The notes: generated by a model not told the origin, from the sequence alone. Counted from the stretch's first letter, positions 20,597 through 34,526 are shown. The stretch: DNA of 64,000 nt from Omnitrophica WOR_2 bacterium RIFOXYA2_FULL_38_17 (GCA_001805965.1 MHHG01000055.1:3680-67679), one strand, 5' to 3'. Made by a program: numbers and translations.

Positions 20597-21216
20597 TTTT
20601 TAATCCTATCCCTTAAATTCTGTAATGCTGTTTTTGTAACCAAAATATTTTTATTCTTCAAAATATCATACGCATTTATGTCCTGTGACCTCATCAAGCT
20701 CAATCTAGGAATATTGCGAGATACCCTTGTTATGCTTTCATCACAACCATCAAGAATGGCAAGTATCCTTCCAGAAAGTTTTAAATTTTTTAGGATTTCT
20801 ACAAATTCTTTTGTCTTGCTCAATGCATCAGTAAGATCATCAATGCAACAAAATTTATTTTCATTAACCTTAACTTTCAAGCTTTCAACTAAAGCAGCCT
20901 TCTTGATTTTCTTTGGAAGGGTATAACCAAAATCTCTCGGGTGAGGGCCAAAAACTATGCCGCCTTTATGCCATAAAGGAGACCTGCTTGAACCTGCCCT
21001 AGCACGACCTGTACCTTTTTGTCTAAAAGGTTTTTTTCCTCCACCAGAAACAAATGCCCTTTCTTTCGTCGAAGCATTACCCTGTCGCAATGAAGCTTGG
21101 TACATTACAACAGCCTGATGAACAACATCAGCATTCACTCTTCCTTCAAAAATATCCGAAAGATCTATCTGCTCTTTTTCTTTTCCTTTAATATCTAAGA
21201 CAGCAACTTTTGACAC
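20593..21216 (-). CDS. rplD: 50S ribosomal protein uL4
   Basis: VSGGGKKPFRQKGTGRARAG, FGPHPR. GTG start. Confidence 0.98.
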   Translation of the reverse strand: MSKVAVLDIKGKEKEQIDLSDIFEGRVNADVVHQAVVMYQASLRQGNASTKERAFVSGGGKKPFRQKGTGRARAGSSRSPLWHKGGIVFGPHPRDFGYTLPKKIKKAALVESLKVKVNENKFCCIDDLTDALSKTKEFVEILKNLKLSGRILAILDGCDESITRVSRNIPRLSLMRSQDINAYDILKNKNILVTKTALQNLRDRIKK

Positions 21217-21217
21217 T

Positions 21218-21925
21218 TTACTTTTTACCTTTCACATTTGCCTTGCTTTGCTTCATAGGATTAATCTTGTGTTTCACAACAGCTCTCTTCTCATCCAAAG
21301 ATTTATACTGTTTCTTTACAGAACGATTAACAGATACAATTGAATTCTGATGACCTACAACCGCACCTTTAATCAGCACTATGTTATTTTCAACATCGAC
21401 GTCCAATACTCTAAGTCCTTGAACAGTTGCTTTTTTCCCGCCCATTCTTCCCGGCATATTCGTTCCTTTTAAAGTTCTTGAAGGATCCGCACTTGAACCG
21501 ATCGAACCAACTCTTCTATGATGCATCGAACCATGTGCAGCAGGTCCGCCTGACCAATGCCATCTCTTCATACCACCTTGAAATCCTTTACCAACAGATG
21601 TACCTATAACATCAACATAATCACCCGGCCTGAAAAAGTCAGCTTTGATCTCCTGCCCAACTGAATAATCTTTGTTATCTGTTGAATTAAATTCTTGCAT
21701 GTAACGCTTTGCCTCAACCCCAACTTTCTTAAAAAGGCCTGCTTCAGATTTTCTTAATTTTGATTCCTTTATGGTCTCAAAACCGATCTTGACCTTCATC
21801 GGAGCATCCTTTAACTCCAATATCGTACAGGGCCCAACTTCTACGACAGTAACTGGAAAAACGTTTCCATCCTTGTCGAATATTTGAGTCATACCAAGTT
21901 TTCTACCTAATAAACCTCTTATCAT
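21218..21925 (-). CDS. rplC: 50S ribosomal protein uL3
   Basis: GRKLGMTQ, GKGFQG, HGS..HR..GSIG, MPGRMG. Confidence 0.98.
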   Translation of the reverse strand: MIRGLLGRKLGMTQIFDKDGNVFPVTVVEVGPCTILELKDAPMKVKIGFETIKESKLRKSEAGLFKKVGVEAKRYMQEFNSTDNKDYSVGQEIKADFFRPGDYVDVIGTSVGKGFQGGMKRWHWSGGPAAHGSMHHRRVGSIGSSADPSRTLKGTNMPGRMGGKKATVQGLRVLDVDVENNIVLIKGAVVGHQNSIVSVNRSVKKQYKSLDEKRAVVKHKINPMKQSKANVKGKK

Positions 21926-21936
21926 TTTATCTCTCT

Positions 21937-22239
21937 TTACTGCTTAATTTCCACATCAACACCAGCAGGCAAATTAAGTTTTCTTAATGCCTCAACTGTT
22001 TTTGCTGTAGGTTCAATTAAATCTATAAGCCTCTTGTGAGTTGCTAAACCAAACTGCTCTCTTGATTTTTTATCTATAACCGGAGATCTTAATACCGTAT
22101 AAAGTTCTTTTTTTGTAGGCAATGGAACCGGTCCGGAAATTTTAGCTCCAGTACGAATTGCAGTATCAACAATTTCCTGAGCTGACTGGTCAATTATCCT
22201 ATGATCAAATGCTTTTAATTTTATACGTATTTTTTGCAT
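21937..22239 (-). CDS. rpsJ: 30S ribosomal protein uS10
   Basis: [29 protein letters not shown]. Confidence 0.98.
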   Translation of the reverse strand: MQKIRIKLKAFDHRIIDQSAQEIVDTAIRTGAKISGPVPLPTKKELYTVLRSPVIDKKSREQFGLATHKRLIDLIEPTAKTVEALRKLNLPAGVDVEIKQ

Positions 22240-22252
22240 ATTTATCTCCGCA

Positions 22253-22295
22253 AATTGTTGCCTTGGGGAACATTAAGTTCCCCAAAACAGCAATT
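22253..22295 (-). promoter_or_regulatory. Long RNA hairpin between tuf and rpsJ
   Basis: AATTGCTGTTTTGGGGAAC-TTAAT-GTTCCCCAAGGCAACAATT on the sense strand; no U tract; abuts the rpsJ SD. Confidence 0.6.
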
Positions 22296-22303
22296 ATATT
22301 TTT

Positions 22304-23497
22304 TTAACTAATAACCTCATGAATAACACCAGCGCCAACTGTACGTCCACCTTCACGAATTGCAAAACGCAACTCTTTTTCCATAGCGATTGGCTGAATT
22401 AGTTCAACTTCCATTTCAATGTTATCTCCTGGCATACACATTTCAATACCTTCAGGAAGTAAAGCCGTTCCAGTAACATCTGTAGTTCTAAAATAAAACT
22501 GTGGCCTATATCCTTTAAAGAAAGGAGTATGACGACCGCCTTCTTCCTTTGTTAAGATATATGCTTTTGCCTTGAACTTGGTATGTGGAGTTATTGAACC
22601 TATCTTTGCAAGAACTTGACCTCTTTCAATTGCTTCCTTATCTATACCTCTTAAAAGAAGACCGACGTTATCGCCTGCATGTCCCTCATCCATTTCTTTA
22701 CGGAACATTTCGACACCAGTTACAACCGTCTTAAGTACTTCTTTTTTCATGCCAACTATCTCTATTTCTTCCCCAACCTTGACAGTTCCTCTTTCAATTC
22801 TTCCAGTAGCAACAGTTCCTCTACCAGAAATTGAGAAAACGTCTTCAACAGCCATTAAGAATGCCTTATCAAGCTCTCTTATTGGGTCGACAAAATAATC
22901 ATCAACCGCCTGCATTAAATCTAAAATAGGTTTTGCTTTTTCTGCATCATCTGGATTTTCCAAAGCATGTAAAGCACTTCCCATGATTATTGGGATATTA
23001 TCTCCGTCATATTTGTATTTTGAAAGAAGCTCTCTAAGCTCCATCTCAACTAACTCAAGAAGTTCTTTATCTTCTACCTGGTCACACTTGTTCAAGAAAA
23101 CAATTAATGAAGGAACATTTACCTGGCGAGCTAAAAGAATATGCTCTTTTGTTTGAGGCATAGCGCCATCTGCAGCAGAAACAACTAAAATTGCTCCATC
23201 CATTTGAGCTGCACCTGTGATCATATTTTTAATATAATCAGCATGTCCAGGACAATCAATATGAGCATAATGCCTTTTTTCTGTTTCATACTCAAGATGA
23301 GCAATATTGATTGTAACTCCACGTTCTTTTTCTTCTGGAGCGTTATCAATTGATGCATAGTCTCTTACTTTAGCTAAACCTTTTTTTGCCAGGATAGTTG
23401 TAATAGCGGCACTCAAGGTAGTTTTTCCATGATCAACGTGACCGATTGTTCCAATGTTCATGTGCGGCTTATTACGTACGAATTTTTCCTTAGCCAT
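22304..23497 (-). CDS. tuf: Elongation factor Tu
   Basis: [32 protein letters not shown]. Confidence 0.99.
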   Translation of the reverse strand: MAKEKFVRNKPHMNIGTIGHVDHGKTTLSAAITTILAKKGLAKVRDYASIDNAPEEKERGVTINIAHLEYETEKRHYAHIDCPGHADYIKNMITGAAQMDGAILVVSAADGAMPQTKEHILLARQVNVPSLIVFLNKCDQVEDKELLELVEMELRELLSKYKYDGDNIPIIMGSALHALENPDDAEKAKPILDLMQAVDDYFVDPIRELDKAFLMAVEDVFSISGRGTVATGRIERGTVKVGEEIEIVGMKKEVLKTVVTGVEMFRKEMDEGHAGDNVGLLLRGIDKEAIERGQVLAKIGSITPHTKFKAKAYILTKEEGGRHTPFFKGYRPQFYFRTTDVTGTALLPEGIEMCMPGDNIEMEVELIQPIAMEKELRFAIREGGRTVGAGVIHEVIS

Positions 23498-23545
23498 AAT
23501 ATTCCTCCTCCTTTTTAGATAAAAATCTATTTAAAACTCTATTTT

Positions 23546-25645
23546 TTAACCTTTTTTACCTGCTGCTTGCTGTTTTGCGCCAACAATCTTTTCAGCTACA
23601 TATTTAGGAACTTCTGAATAATACGATGGTTCCATTGAAAATGATGCACGGCCTTGGGTTAATGAACGAACAGCATTAACATAATTAAACATCTCTGCTA
23701 GAGGAACATCACATCTCGCTGTCTTTAAATTTCCTCTTGTCCCAAGATTTACAATTTGTGCTCTTCTCTGGTTAAGATCGCCAAGAACCGCACTCATAAA
23801 TTCTTCTGGTGATGTGACCTCTATATCCATAATCGGCTCTAAAAATACTGACTTTCCTTTATGTAAAGCATCTTTCAACGCATTCTTCGCAGCCAACTGA
23901 AAAGCCAACTCACTTGAATCAACCTCATGATAGGAACCGTCTACCAGCGTTACAGTAAAATCGACAACCGGGTAACCAGCTAAAATACCGTTTAAAGCAC
24001 CTTCTCTAATACCTTTTTCTATCGGTTTAATATATTCCCTTGGAATTGATCCTCCCTTTATCATATCGATAAAAATAATTCCTTTGACCTTGTCTTCATT
24101 AGGCTCAACGCTAATAACAACATGACCATACTGTCCACGTCCACCACTTTGCGAAACATGTTTTCCAACAACCCCTACAACTTTTTGTGTTATTGTTTCT
24201 TTATATGCAACCTCAGGACGTCCGACTGTCGTCTCTAGGTTAAACTCTCTTTTCATTCTATCAACTATTATTTCTAAGTGAAGTTCACCCATACCCGAAA
24301 TAATTGTTTGGGCTGTTTCATGATCATAATCTACTCTTAACGATGGATCTTCATCTAAAAATTTTCTCAAAGTCAATCCCAATTTATCTGAATCAGCCTT
24401 TGTTTTAGGCTCAATAGACATTGAAACTACAGGCTCAGGAATCTTCATGTTCTCTAATAAAATCTTGTGATCAAAATCACAAAGAGTGTTTCCTGATTTT
24501 GTTTCTTTCAAACCAACAAGAGCAACGATCTCACCAGCAGAAGCTTTTGTCACAATTTCTTGTTTATTAGAATGCATGATAACTATCTTAGAAATTCTTT
24601 CTTTTTTCTTCTCAGATGAGTTATATACTTGATCTCCAGCCGTGATAGTTCCTGAATAGATCCTTGTATAGAACAATTTACCGACATAAGGATCTGTAGC
24701 TACCTTAAATACAAGAGCACTTAACGGGGCATCATCTTTTACTTCATAGGCTTTTTGTTCTTCTGTGCTAGGGTCGATTCCAGGAACAGCAGGAACATCA
24801 AGAGGTGAAGGCAAATAATCACAAATAGCATCTAACACCAACTGAACGCCTTTATTTCTAAGAGCTGTTCCACAAAGAACTGGCAAAAATGCATTCTTGC
24901 AAACTGCCCGTCTAATCGCCGCTTTAAGATCTTTGATTGGTATCTCACGCTCTTCAAAGAATTTTTCCATAATCTCATCATCCCCATCTGCCAATCTTTC
25001 AATCATAGTAGCTCTGAACTCTTCAACCTTTTCCTTTAAATGCTCAGGCACTTCTAATACATCTATCACACTACCTTCATCATCCATATAAACGTGATAT
25101 TTTCTTTCAATAAGATCAATTATCCCTTTGAATTTTTCCTCTGATGCATCAGGCAATTGAATTGCTGCAGCATTCGCTCCCAGCCTGTCATGAATTTCAC
25201 CTAATACACGTTCAAAGCTTGCACCTAATCTATCCAACTTATTGATAAAAGCCAGCCTAGGAACATGATAGCGATCAGCTTGACGCCAAACAGTTTCGGT
25301 CTGTGACTGAACACCGCTTGTTGCACAAAGAACAACAACTGCACCATCCAAAACTTTCAAAGAGCGCTCAACTTCAACAGTAAAGTCAACGTGTCCAGGC
25401 GTATCAATTATATTTATCTTTTTATTTTTCCAACCACAAGTCGTATTAGCAGCAGTTATCGTAATACCCCGTTCCTGCTCTTGCTCCATCCAATCCATGG
25501 TTGCATTACCTTCATCAACCGTACCCATCTTATGGATGACACCAGTATAAAACAATATACGCTCTGTTGTAGTTGTTTTACCCGCATCAATATGCGCAAT
25601 AATGCCTGTGTTTCTATAATCTTTTAAGGGAGTTATTTCTGCCAT
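23546..25645 (-). CDS. fusA: Elongation factor G
   Basis: [40 protein letters not shown]. Confidence 0.99.
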   Translation of the reverse strand: MAEITPLKDYRNTGIIAHIDAGKTTTTERILFYTGVIHKMGTVDEGNATMDWMEQEQERGITITAANTTCGWKNKKINIIDTPGHVDFTVEVERSLKVLDGAVVVLCATSGVQSQTETVWRQADRYHVPRLAFINKLDRLGASFERVLGEIHDRLGANAAAIQLPDASEEKFKGIIDLIERKYHVYMDDEGSVIDVLEVPEHLKEKVEEFRATMIERLADGDDEIMEKFFEEREIPIKDLKAAIRRAVCKNAFLPVLCGTALRNKGVQLVLDAICDYLPSPLDVPAVPGIDPSTEEQKAYEVKDDAPLSALVFKVATDPYVGKLFYTRIYSGTITAGDQVYNSSEKKKERISKIVIMHSNKQEIVTKASAGEIVALVGLKETKSGNTLCDFDHKILLENMKIPEPVVSMSIEPKTKADSDKLGLTLRKFLDEDPSLRVDYDHETAQTIISGMGELHLEIIVDRMKREFNLETTVGRPEVAYKETITQKVVGVVGKHVSQSGGRGQYGHVVISVEPNEDKVKGIIFIDMIKGGSIPREYIKPIEKGIREGALNGILAGYPVVDFTVTLVDGSYHEVDSSELAFQLAAKNALKDALHKGKSVFLEPIMDIEVTSPEEFMSAVLGDLNQRRAQIVNLGTRGNLKTARCDVPLAEMFNYVNAVRSLTQGRASFSMEPSYYSEVPKYVAEKIVGAKQQAAGKKG

Positions 25646-25646
25646 A

Positions 25647-26117
25647 TTACCACCTCAAATGCGAAAACGCTTTATTCGCATCAGCCATCTTATGCGTATC
25701 ATCTCGTTTTTTTACCGCAGCGCCTTCCCCTTTATATGCAGCCAAAAACTCATCAGCCAATTTATTCTGCATTGGTTTCCCTTTTTTCTTCCTAGCAAAA
25801 TCTCTAATCCATCTCATAGCCAAAGCATTACCCCTAGCAATAGGAACTTCAATAGGAACCTGATATGTAGCTCCACCCACTCTTCTTGCTTTAACTTCAA
25901 GTTTTGGGCGTGCATTTTCCATAGCTTTATTAAAAACTTTTAATGCATTTGTTTCTTGTGTCTTTTGTTCTAATATTTCAAAAGCACAATAAACTATATT
26001 TTCAGCAACATTCTTTTTTCCATGTCGCATAAGATTATTAATAAAATTAGCAACTAGCTTACTATTATATTTTGGATCCGGAGCCGGTTCTCTTTTTTCT
26101 GCTTTTCGTCTTCTCAT
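25647..26117 (-). CDS. rpsG: 30S ribosomal protein uS7
   Basis: [21 protein letters not shown]. Confidence 0.98.
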   Translation of the reverse strand: MRRRKAEKREPAPDPKYNSKLVANFINNLMRHGKKNVAENIVYCAFEILEQKTQETNALKVFNKAMENARPKLEVKARRVGGATYQVPIEVPIARGNALAMRWIRDFARKKKGKPMQNKLADEFLAAYKGEGAAVKKRDDTHKMADANKAFSHLRW

Positions 26118-26122
26118 TTTAT

Positions 26123-26497
26123 TTATTTTTCTTCTTTCTTTGTTCCGTATTTAGAACGCGATTTTTTTCTTTTTGCAACACCTGAAGTATCCAATGATCC
26201 ACGAACAATGTGATATCTAACACCAGGTAAATCTTTTACTCTTCCACCTCTGATCAACACAATAGAGTGTTCTTGTAAATTGTGACCTTCTCCTGGAATG
26301 TAAGAAGTAACTTCAAATTTGTTTGACAATCTCACCCTGGCTATTTTGCGCAATGCTGAGTTAGGCTTTTTAGGTGTCATTGTTTTTACTTGTAAACAAA
26401 CACCTCTTTTAAAAGGACTATCTTGCAATGCAGGTGATTTAGTCTTCTTCCTTTTCTGAACCCTGCTCTTCCTGATCAACTGCTGTATCGTCGGCAT
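26123..26497 (-). CDS. rpsL: 30S ribosomal protein uS12
   Basis: [29 protein letters not shown]. Confidence 0.99.
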   Translation of the reverse strand: MPTIQQLIRKSRVQKRKKTKSPALQDSPFKRGVCLQVKTMTPKKPNSALRKIARVRLSNKFEVTSYIPGEGHNLQEHSIVLIRGGRVKDLPGVRYHIVRGSLDTSGVAKRKKSRSKYGTKKEEK

Positions 26498-29400
26498 ATT
26501 TCACCATTTCCACTTCGTTATATTGTTTTAAACCTGTACCTGCAGGGATCAAATGCCCCACAATTACGTTCTCTTTCAAGCCACAAAGAAGGTCAATTCT
26601 ACCAGAAGCCGCTGCCTCTGTCAAGACCCTTGTTGTTTCTTGAAAACTTGCTGAAGAAATAAAGCTCCCCGTCGTTAAAGATACTTTTGTAATACCTAAC
26701 AACAACGGTGTGGCTTGGGCCGGCTTACCTTTCTTTTTCAAAACAGCTTCATTTGCTTTCTTAAAAGTATTTCTGTCTACCTGCTCGCCAACAAAAAGAT
26801 TAGTATCTCCAGCATCTTCTATTTTAACCTTCTTTAACATTTGAGATATTATAAGCTCAATATGTTTATCATTAATACGAACTCCCTGCAACCTATAAAC
26901 TTCTTGGACCTCATTTAACAAATACTCCTGCAAAACCTTGTCGCCGCAAACCCTTAAGATATCGTGCGGAACAACCGGGCCATCAGTCAACTGTTGGCCT
27001 GCAAAAACTCTATCGTTCTTATATACGTTTGGATGTTTTCCATGAGGGATCGTATACTCAGAAGACATACCAGACTCGCTCTTGACAATAATCGTTCTTC
27101 TTCCTTTTTTGTCTTCGCCAAATTCAACAATACCATCAAGCTCACTGATAACAGCTGGGTCTTTAGGCTTTCTTGCTTCAAACAACTCAGCAACTCTAGG
27201 AAGACCACCAGTAATATCTCTTGTTTTACCAGCTCCTCTTGGAATCTTAGCAATTAAATCACCGGCGCTAACCTCCTGCTTATCTTTAACAAGAATGTGA
27301 GCACCAATAGAAATCGAGTAAATACCGACTATCTCTTGTTTGTCATCAGTAATAATTATCTGAGGATGATATTCACGTCTATGCTCGACAACAACTCGCT
27401 CAGTAACACCTGTAATAGGATTTTTTTCTTCCTGAACTGTTACATCTGCAATCAGGTCTTCGGAATGAACATATCCTTTAACCTCTGTAATAATTGGGAC
27501 TGTGTATGGATCCCAGGTTACAAATATTTTATCTTTATCAATTTCCGAGCCATCAGTAGCTTTAATAGCTGCACCCTGAGGTAATTGATAACGCTCAAAT
27601 TCACGACCATATTCATTATTGATACTAACTGAACCATTTCGGTTCAGGACAATATATTCTTTGTTCTTCTCTACAACTCTTAACTGATGATACTTTAATG
27701 TACCTGAATTCTTGGCCTTGTAGAATGACTGTTCAATAGCGCGTGAAGCTGTTCCACCGATATGGAAAGTACGCATAGTAAGCTGTGTACCAGGCTCACC
27801 GATACTTTGTGCAGCAATAATACCGACTGCTTCGCCAATTTCAACCATTCTTTTTGTTGCCAAATTTCTTCCATAACACTTAACACAAAGTCCATGCTCT
27901 GCCTCACATGTAAGAACGCTTCGAATCCTTACCTTTTCAATACCCAAATGCTCTATAAACTCTGCTGTTTCCTCGGTAATAACTTGACCCGCTTCAACAA
28001 CTTTATGATCAGTAACAATATCTACTATACTGTCTAATGCAACTCTTCCTGAAATTCGCTCTTTCAAACTAACAACCAGCTCATCACCTTCAACAATCGC
28101 CGAAACCGTGATCCCATTCATCGTGCCGCAATCTTCTTCCATGATAACCTGCTCTTGAGCAACGTCAACCAAACGTCGAGTAAGATAACCGGCATCCGCT
28201 GTCTTAAGAGCCGTGTCAGCTAAACCTTTACGAGCACCATGAGTTGAAATAAAATATTCCAGAACAGTCAACCCTTCACGGAAACTAGCTGTAATAGGAT
28301 TCTCAATGATCTCTCCAGAAGGCTTAGCCATCAGACCACGCATACCTGAGAGCTGTCGAATCTGCAAACGAGAACCCCTCGCCCCGGAATCTGCCATAAT
28401 AAACACAGGATTTAAAGGGTCCATTCTTTTAAAGACAAGATCAGAAATAGTTTCTGTCGTATGTGTCCAAATATCAATTACCTTGTTATAACGCTCTCTT
28501 CCGGTAATAATACCTTTAGAATATTGATCTTCAACTTTGTGGATCTCCTGACTTGATAATTTTAAGATCTCTTTCTTTTCCTTTGGAACAGTCAAATCAG
28601 TAATACTGATCGAAATGCCTGCTAAAGTAGCATTTTTAAAACCAAGATCTTTTAGGTCATCCAAAAGCTTAATAGTAGTATCCTGTCCAAACCTTTCATA
28701 ACAATCTGAAACAACTGCACCAATTTTCTTTTTGGTAAGTAAATCATTAACGAAGCCAAAACCTTCCGGCAACAGTTCATTTAATAGAACCCGACCGATT
28801 GTCGTTTCAATAATACTAAGCTTAGCTGCATCTTTATTTTTTGCTGCCTCACCTTTAATCGCCGCCTCTTGCGAAATAATCATTGACGGCTTTTCATCTC
28901 CCCAAACCTGACCATCAATCCTTAATTTAATCCTATCCTGCAGGCAGAACAACCCGTCATCAAAGGCAATTACTGCTTCTTCTTTTGAAGAAAAGACCTT
29001 TGTCTCCTTGTTATTTTCATCACGTTCATTTGTCAGGTAATACAAGCCTAAAACAACATCTTGTGACGGAGAAATAACTGGCCTACCATCAGCAGGCGAG
29101 AACAAATTATTAATTGATAATAACTGCAATCTGCATTCTATTTGAGCTTCCAATGATAAAGGAACATGAACCGCCATTTGGTCCCCGTCAAAATCAGCAT
29201 TAAATGCAGCACAAACTAACGGATGTAATTTAATTGCTTTGCCTTCAACGAGAATTGGATAAAATGCCTGTATACTTAATCTATGCAAAGTAGGAGCACG
29301 GTTAAGCATAATAGGATGGTCTTGAATTACCTCATCTAAAATGTCCCAAACCTCGATCTTTGCTCTCTCTACCATTCTTTTTGCACCTTTTATAGTGTGC

Positions 29401-30557
29401 ACAAAACCTTTTTCACGCAATTTCCTAATAATGAATGGCTCAAAAAGCTCAAGCGCCATTTTCTTTGGTAAACCGCATTGATGCAATTTCAAGTTAGGAC
29501 CAACAACAATTACAGACCTTCCTGAATAATCAACACGTTTACCCAAAAGATTCATTCTGAATCTTCCCTGCTTGCCCTTAAGCATATCAGAAAGTGATTT
29601 AAGCGGCCTGTTGCCTGAGCCCAAAACTGGTCTTCCGTGTCTGCCATTATCTAAAAGTGCATCGACTGATTCCTGAAGCATTCTCTTTTCATTCCTACAA
29701 ATGATTTCTGGAGCTTTTAGATCCATCAACTTCTTTAAACGATTATTTCTATTAATTACCCGCCTATAGAGATCATTAAGATCTGACGTAGCAAATCTTC
29801 CACCTTCTAGCGGAACTAAGGGCCTTAGGTCTGGAGGAATAACAGGTAATGCATCCAGAACCATCCACTCAGAGAGATTTTCAGAATTATTATAGTCATC
29901 AACTATTTTCAAAGTCTTTGCTAATTTTTTTGCATTTGTTCCTGCTGGATTGGCTTTTTCAAGATCTTTTCTAACTTTTTTACAAAGAGCGCTCAAATCT
30001 AAATCCTTCAAAATATCTTTAACCGCAGCCGCACCAATTTTAGCCTTGAATGAAGCACCATACTTAACTAGAGCTTCTTGATATTGGTCTTCTGATAAAA
30101 ACTGGCTTTTCTTCAAGGGAGTATCACCCGGATCAATAACAATATATTCTTCGTAATAAATAAGTTTTTCTAGATCTCTAAGACTGATTTGCAATAATGC
30201 AGCTAAACGGCTGGGAACTGCTTTGTAGAACCAAATATGAGTAACTGGGCATGCTAACTCAATATGGCCCATTCTTTCCCTGCGAACAGATGAACGGGTC
30301 ACGGTAACACCGCATCGGTCACAAGTTATGCCTTTAAATTTTATACCTTTATATTTGCCGCAGTTACATTCCCAGTCCCTCACTGGGCCAAAAATCTTTT
30401 CACAAAAAAGGCCATCCTTTTCGGGCTTTAAAGTGCGATAATTAAGAGTTTCTGCCTTCTTAACCATTCCGCTTGACCAAGAACGAATAACCTCTGGAGA
30501 TGCAATCTGAATAGTAATCCTATCTTGATTCTTTATATCTTCTTTTTTCTTAATCAT
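26439..30557 (-). CDS. rpoC: RNA polymerase beta' subunit
   Basis: NADFDGD active site, Zn-finger cysteines, [13 protein letters not shown]. Confidence 0.99.
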   Translation of the reverse strand: MIKKKEDIKNQDRITIQIASPEVIRSWSSGMVKKAETLNYRTLKPEKDGLFCEKIFGPVRDWECNCGKYKGIKFKGITCDRCGVTVTRSSVRRERMGHIELACPVTHIWFYKAVPSRLAALLQISLRDLEKLIYYEEYIVIDPGDTPLKKSQFLSEDQYQEALVKYGASFKAKIGAAAVKDILKDLDLSALCKKVRKDLEKANPAGTNAKKLAKTLKIVDDYNNSENLSEWMVLDALPVIPPDLRPLVPLEGGRFATSDLNDLYRRVINRNNRLKKLMDLKAPEIICRNEKRMLQESVDALLDNGRHGRPVLGSGNRPLKSLSDMLKGKQGRFRMNLLGKRVDYSGRSVIVVGPNLKLHQCGLPKKMALELFEPFIIRKLREKGFVHTIKGAKRMVERAKIEVWDILDEVIQDHPIMLNRAPTLHRLSIQAFYPILVEGKAIKLHPLVCAAFNADFDGDQMAVHVPLSLEAQIECRLQLLSINNLFSPADGRPVISPSQDVVLGLYYLTNERDENNKETKVFSSKEEAVIAFDDGLFCLQDRIKLRIDGQVWGDEKPSMIISQEAAIKGEAAKNKDAAKLSIIETTIGRVLLNELLPEGFGFVNDLLTKKKIGAVVSDCYERFGQDTTIKLLDDLKDLGFKNATLAGISISITDLTVPKEKKEILKLSSQEIHKVEDQYSKGIITGRERYNKVIDIWTHTTETISDLVFKRMDPLNPVFIMADSGARGSRLQIRQLSGMRGLMAKPSGEIIENPITASFREGLTVLEYFISTHGARKGLADTALKTADAGYLTRRLVDVAQEQVIMEEDCGTMNGITVSAIVEGDELVVSLKERISGRVALDSIVDIVTDHKVVEAGQVITEETAEFIEHLGIEKVRIRSVLTCEAEHGLCVKCYGRNLATKRMVEIGEAVGIIAAQSIGEPGTQLTMRTFHIGGTASRAIEQSFYKAKNSGTLKYHQLRVVEKNKEYIVLNRNGSVSINNEYGREFERYQLPQGAAIKATDGSEIDKDKIFVTWDPYTVPIITEVKGYVHSEDLIADVTVQEEKNPITGVTERVVVEHRREYHPQIIITDDKQEIVGIYSISIGAHILVKDKQEVSAGDLIAKIPRGAGKTRDITGGLPRVAELFEARKPKDPAVISELDGIVEFGEDKKGRRTIIVKSESGMSSEYTIPHGKHPNVYKNDRVFAGQQLTDGPVVPHDILRVCGDKVLQEYLLNEVQEVYRLQGVRINDKHIELIISQMLKKVKIEDAGDTNLFVGEQVDRNTFKKANEAVLKKKGKPAQATPLLLGITKVSLTTGSFISSASFQETTRVLTEAAASGRIDLLCGLKENVIVGHLIPAGTGLKQYNEVEMVKYADDTAVDQEEQGSEKEED

Positions 30558-33500
30558 TTTTGGCTTTTTTTCCTTTTAGTTTTTCAACACTTTCAAGAAA
30601 ACCTGGTTCAGTACCAGCTTTGACCATTTTAATATCTAAACACAAACCCTGAAGTTCTTTTACAAGTACATTGAAAGATTCAGGGGTTCCTGGAGCTAAC
30701 TTTTGATGACCCTTAACAATCGCTTCATACATCCTGCTTCTTCCAAGAACATCATCACTCTTTACAGTCAACATTTCCTGCAATGTATATGCTGCGCCAT
30801 AAGCTTCAAGCGCCCAAACTTCCATTTCACCAAATCTCTGTCCACCAAAATGAGCTTTTCCTCCTAATGGCTGTTGAGTAACCAATGAGTAAGGTCCAAT
30901 TGAACGAGCATGTATCTTTTCATCAACAAGGTGGTTCAATTTGATCATATAGATAATACCAACAGTCACTTTTTGATCAAAAGGCAAACCTGTATAACCG
31001 TCATAAACTGTTGTTTTCCCTGTCTCAGGCAAACCAGCTTCTTTTAAACAAGCAACAATTTCATCTTCAGAAGCACCATTAAATACAGGCGTAACAGCAT
31101 GAAAACCCAAAACCTCGGCTGTCCATCCTAAATGAGTTTCTAATAGCTGTCCAACATTCATACGAGAAGGAACACCTAGTGGGTTAAGAACTATGTCAAC
31201 AGCTGTTCCATCTGCAAGAAACGGCATATCTTCCTCTGGCAAAATACGAGAAATAACACCTTTGTTTCCATGTCGGCCAGCCATTTTGTCGCCTTCAGAA
31301 AGTTTTCTTTTTGTTGCAACATAAACTATAACTCTTTTAAGAACACCCGCTGGAAGCTCATCGCCCCTTTTTACTCTTTCAATTTCATGAGTTTCCTCTT
31401 CAACTAGCTCAGCGATTTTATCATTATAAAATCTAACAATTTCTCTTTCTTCAGAATCTTCTTCAAAATCATCAAATGCTATTTTGCTTAATTTTTTTCC
31501 ATCAATACCAAGAAGCTTACTCAATTTCTTTTCCTTTTCTTCTTCGGAAAAGTGTATCTCTTGACGATAATATGCTTTTATCTTTTCTATAACTTCATCT
31601 TCCTTGGTTTTATCAACCTTGCTCTTTCTACCTCTCTCGTTTCTCTGAAAAACTTCAATATTCACAACAACACCTTCAATGCCTGGAGACAATGTCATCG
31701 AAGTATCGCGAATATCTGCCGCCTTCTCACCAAAGATGGCTCTCAGTAATCTCTCTTCAGGAGAAAGCTCCTTTTCACTCTTTGGTGTAACTTTACCGAC
31801 AAGAATATCGCCGGCTTTTACTTCTGCCCCAACACGAATGATACCATCTTCATTCAAATTTATTAATGCCTCTTCGCCAACATTAGGTATATCCCTAGTA
31901 ACTTCTTCATTTCCAAGCCTTGTTTCCCTGCATTCAACTTCAAATTTTTCAATATGTATTGAAGTAAAAACATCTTCTCTAACAATCTTCTCGTTAATTA
32001 ATATCGCATCCTCGAAGTTATATCCTCGCCAAGGCATAAAAGCTACCTTAACATTACGTCCAAGCGCCAAACGACCATTTTTAGTTCCTATACCATCAGC
32101 AATTGTCTGCCCTGCTTTGATCTTTTCTCCGATCTTCACTAGTGGCGTTTGATGAATACAAGTATTTGCATTAGTTCTTTGATAATTCTTTAAAGGATAG
32201 ACAGTTTCATTAACAACTATTTCACTTGCATCCACTTTTGTAACAACGCCAGATTCTTTAGCAATAACAACGACGCCTGAATCTCTAGCAACCTTTTCCT
32301 CAATACCAGTTCCTACGCGTGGAACCTCTGGTATCATTAAAGGAACAGCTTGACGCTGCATGTTTGAACCCATAAGAGCACGGTTAGCATCATCATGCTC
32401 TAAAAAAGGAATAAGCGAAGCAGCTACTGAGACTATCTGTAAAGGAGAAACATCCATGTAACTAACTTTACTCGGATGAACCTTTGGAAAATCAGTTTTA
32501 TAGCGACATGCAACTTCATCTTCTAGGAAGTTACCATCTTCATCGACAGGTGCATTTGCCTGTGCAAGATACTCAGCTTGATCTTTATCTGCAGTCAAGA
32601 ACTCTATCTTCTTTGTTACTTTGCCGTCAACAACTTTTCTGTATGGCGTTTCAATAAAACCCAGATCATTAACTCGTGCACAGTTTGTCAAAGAAGCTAT
32701 CAAACCAATGTTTGGACCTTCAGGCGTTTCAATAGGACAAACTCTTCCATAGTGAGTAGGATGCACGTCTCTTACCTCAAAACCAGCACGTTCACGAGAC
32801 AAACCTCCCGGGCCTAAAGCACTTAATCTTCTTTTGTGGGTCATTTCAGATAATGGATTAACTTGATCCATAAACTGAGACAACTGACTTCTTGCAAAGA
32901 AATCCTGTATTTGGTTAGAGAACAGTCTTGAATTTATTAAATGGTGCGCTGTTAAATTCTCAAAAGTATTCATTACGACCAAACGCTCTTTAATAGAACG
33001 CTCCAAACGAGAAAGACCAATACGCACTTGGTTCTGGACTAATTCACCAACTGTCTTAATGCGCCTATTACCCAAATGATCAATATCATCTGTTTCGCCA
33101 ACTCCATCCCTTAGCCCCGCCAAATATCTAATTACCTCAACAACCGTAGCAATGTCCAAAACCCTATTATCTGAAGGAGTATTAGTACCTAACTTTCTAT
33201 TTATGATATGGCGACCAACTTTACTTAAATCATATCTCTTCGGCTCAAAGAACAATCTAAAGAACAAAGCATCAGCAACCTCAATAGTAGCAGGCTCAGT
33301 AGGCCTCATTTTTCTATAAAAATCTAATAGAGCTTCTTCCTTGTTCTCAGTATGGTCTTTTTCAAATGTTGGCGCTAACTTCGCAAAGTCGTCTCCCAAC
33401 ATTTGCTTAATATCTTCATTACTTGAAAGACCCATGATCCTTAAGATCTGTGTAGCCGGAAAATTCCTTCTTCTATCAATATATGCAAGTAAGACATTAT

Positions 33501-34029
33501 TCAAATCATATTTGATTTCAAACCAAGCCCCACGAGACGGGATAATTCGGCCATGAAAAATACTCTTGCCTGTAGGATGCAACTCTTCTTCAAAGGAAAC
33601 TCCTGGCGGGCGCTGAATTTGAGAGACAACAACTCTTTCGTCACCATTAATTATGAAGGTTCCAGTATCTGTCATTAAAGGGAAATCACCGAAATAGACT
33701 TCTTGCTCCTTAATATCAACTGGAGTAATTAAACGAAGCTTGACTTTCAACGGAGCAGAATAATTCAAGCCTCTTCTTTTACACTCAATCGCAGAATACT
33801 TTTCTTTCCCTAATGAATAGTTCATATATTCAAGCCTGATTTGACCGTCATAGCTTTCAAGAGGAAAAACTTCGCGGAAAACTTCTTCTAATCCTTGCTC
33901 TTCACGCTTATCAGCATGAATATCTCTCTGTAAAAACTGTTCATACGCTACAAGTTGAATATCAAGCAATTGAGGGAAATCAAAGTTATCACGAACTTTA
34001 CTGAAATCCTTAATATTTATTTTTTCCAT
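30550..34029 (-). CDS. rpoB: RNA polymerase beta subunit
   Basis: [42 protein letters not shown]. Confidence 0.99.
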   Translation of the reverse strand: MEKINIKDFSKVRDNFDFPQLLDIQLVAYEQFLQRDIHADKREEQGLEEVFREVFPLESYDGQIRLEYMNYSLGKEKYSAIECKRRGLNYSAPLKVKLRLITPVDIKEQEVYFGDFPLMTDTGTFIINGDERVVVSQIQRPPGVSFEEELHPTGKSIFHGRIIPSRGAWFEIKYDLNNVLLAYIDRRRNFPATQILRIMGLSSNEDIKQMLGDDFAKLAPTFEKDHTENKEEALLDFYRKMRPTEPATIEVADALFFRLFFEPKRYDLSKVGRHIINRKLGTNTPSDNRVLDIATVVEVIRYLAGLRDGVGETDDIDHLGNRRIKTVGELVQNQVRIGLSRLERSIKERLVVMNTFENLTAHHLINSRLFSNQIQDFFARSQLSQFMDQVNPLSEMTHKRRLSALGPGGLSRERAGFEVRDVHPTHYGRVCPIETPEGPNIGLIASLTNCARVNDLGFIETPYRKVVDGKVTKKIEFLTADKDQAEYLAQANAPVDEDGNFLEDEVACRYKTDFPKVHPSKVSYMDVSPLQIVSVAASLIPFLEHDDANRALMGSNMQRQAVPLMIPEVPRVGTGIEEKVARDSGVVVIAKESGVVTKVDASEIVVNETVYPLKNYQRTNANTCIHQTPLVKIGEKIKAGQTIADGIGTKNGRLALGRNVKVAFMPWRGYNFEDAILINEKIVREDVFTSIHIEKFEVECRETRLGNEEVTRDIPNVGEEALINLNEDGIIRVGAEVKAGDILVGKVTPKSEKELSPEERLLRAIFGEKAADIRDTSMTLSPGIEGVVVNIEVFQRNERGRKSKVDKTKEDEVIEKIKAYYRQEIHFSEEEKEKKLSKLLGIDGKKLSKIAFDDFEEDSEEREIVRFYNDKIAELVEEETHEIERVKRGDELPAGVLKRVIVYVATKRKLSEGDKMAGRHGNKGVISRILPEEDMPFLADGTAVDIVLNPLGVPSRMNVGQLLETHLGWTAEVLGFHAVTPVFNGASEDEIVACLKEAGLPETGKTTVYDGYTGLPFDQKVTVGIIYMIKLNHLVDEKIHARSIGPYSLVTQQPLGGKAHFGGQRFGEMEVWALEAYGAAYTLQEMLTVKSDDVLGRSRMYEAIVKGHQKLAPGTPESFNVLVKELQGLCLDIKMVKAGTEPGFLESVEKLKGKKAKND

Positions 34030-34089
34030 AGTTTTCTTTAGAAATAGAGTTTCTTATTAGTTTAGACTGCCAACTGAATGCAAAGCTCG

Positions 34090-34524
34090 TTACTTCAATT
34101 CTACTTTTGCACCAGCTGCTTCTAGCTTCTTCTTGAGTTCTTCAGCTTCACTCTTTGAAGCACCTTCTTTAACTACTTTTGGAGCTGCTTCAACCAAGTC
34201 TTTAGCTTCTTTTAGACCTAAACTAGTTGCGCCTCTAACTTCTTTAATAACAGCAATTTTATTTGCTCCTATGTCAGTTAGAACAACATCGAACTCTGTC
34301 TTTTCTTCTTCAGCTGCGGCACCACCAGCTGCTGGACCGGCCATAACCATTCCCGCGGCCATAGGCGCTGCTGCCTGAATTCCAAATTTGTCTTCCAAAC
34401 CTTTTACAAGTTCTGAAAGCTCAAGAGCAGTCAACCCCTCGATCGTCTTCATTACTTCCTCTAATTTTGGAGAAAGCTGTACACCTTCCTTTGCTCCTTT
34501 TTCAGCCACTGTATTTTCGGACAT
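34090..34524 (-). CDS. rplL: 50S ribosomal protein bL12
   Basis: [32 protein letters not shown]. Confidence 0.98.
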   Translation of the reverse strand: MSENTVAEKGAKEGVQLSPKLEEVMKTIEGLTALELSELVKGLEDKFGIQAAAPMAAGMVMAGPAAGGAAAEEEKTEFDVVLTDIGANKIAVIKEVRGATSLGLKEAKDLVEAAPKVVKEGASKSEAEELKKKLEAAGAKVELK

Positions 34525-34526
34525 TT

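Noticed and set aside
32810-32900. Intrinsic rifampicin-resistance changes in RpoB cluster I
   Set aside because: [16 protein letters not shown] retains the usual sensitive Q, D, H and S residues
26439-34029. Inteins or introns in rpoB/rpoC, or an rpoBC fusion
   Set aside because: Lengths are ordinary, no splice-junction motifs were seen, and rpoB has its own stop overlapping the rpoC start
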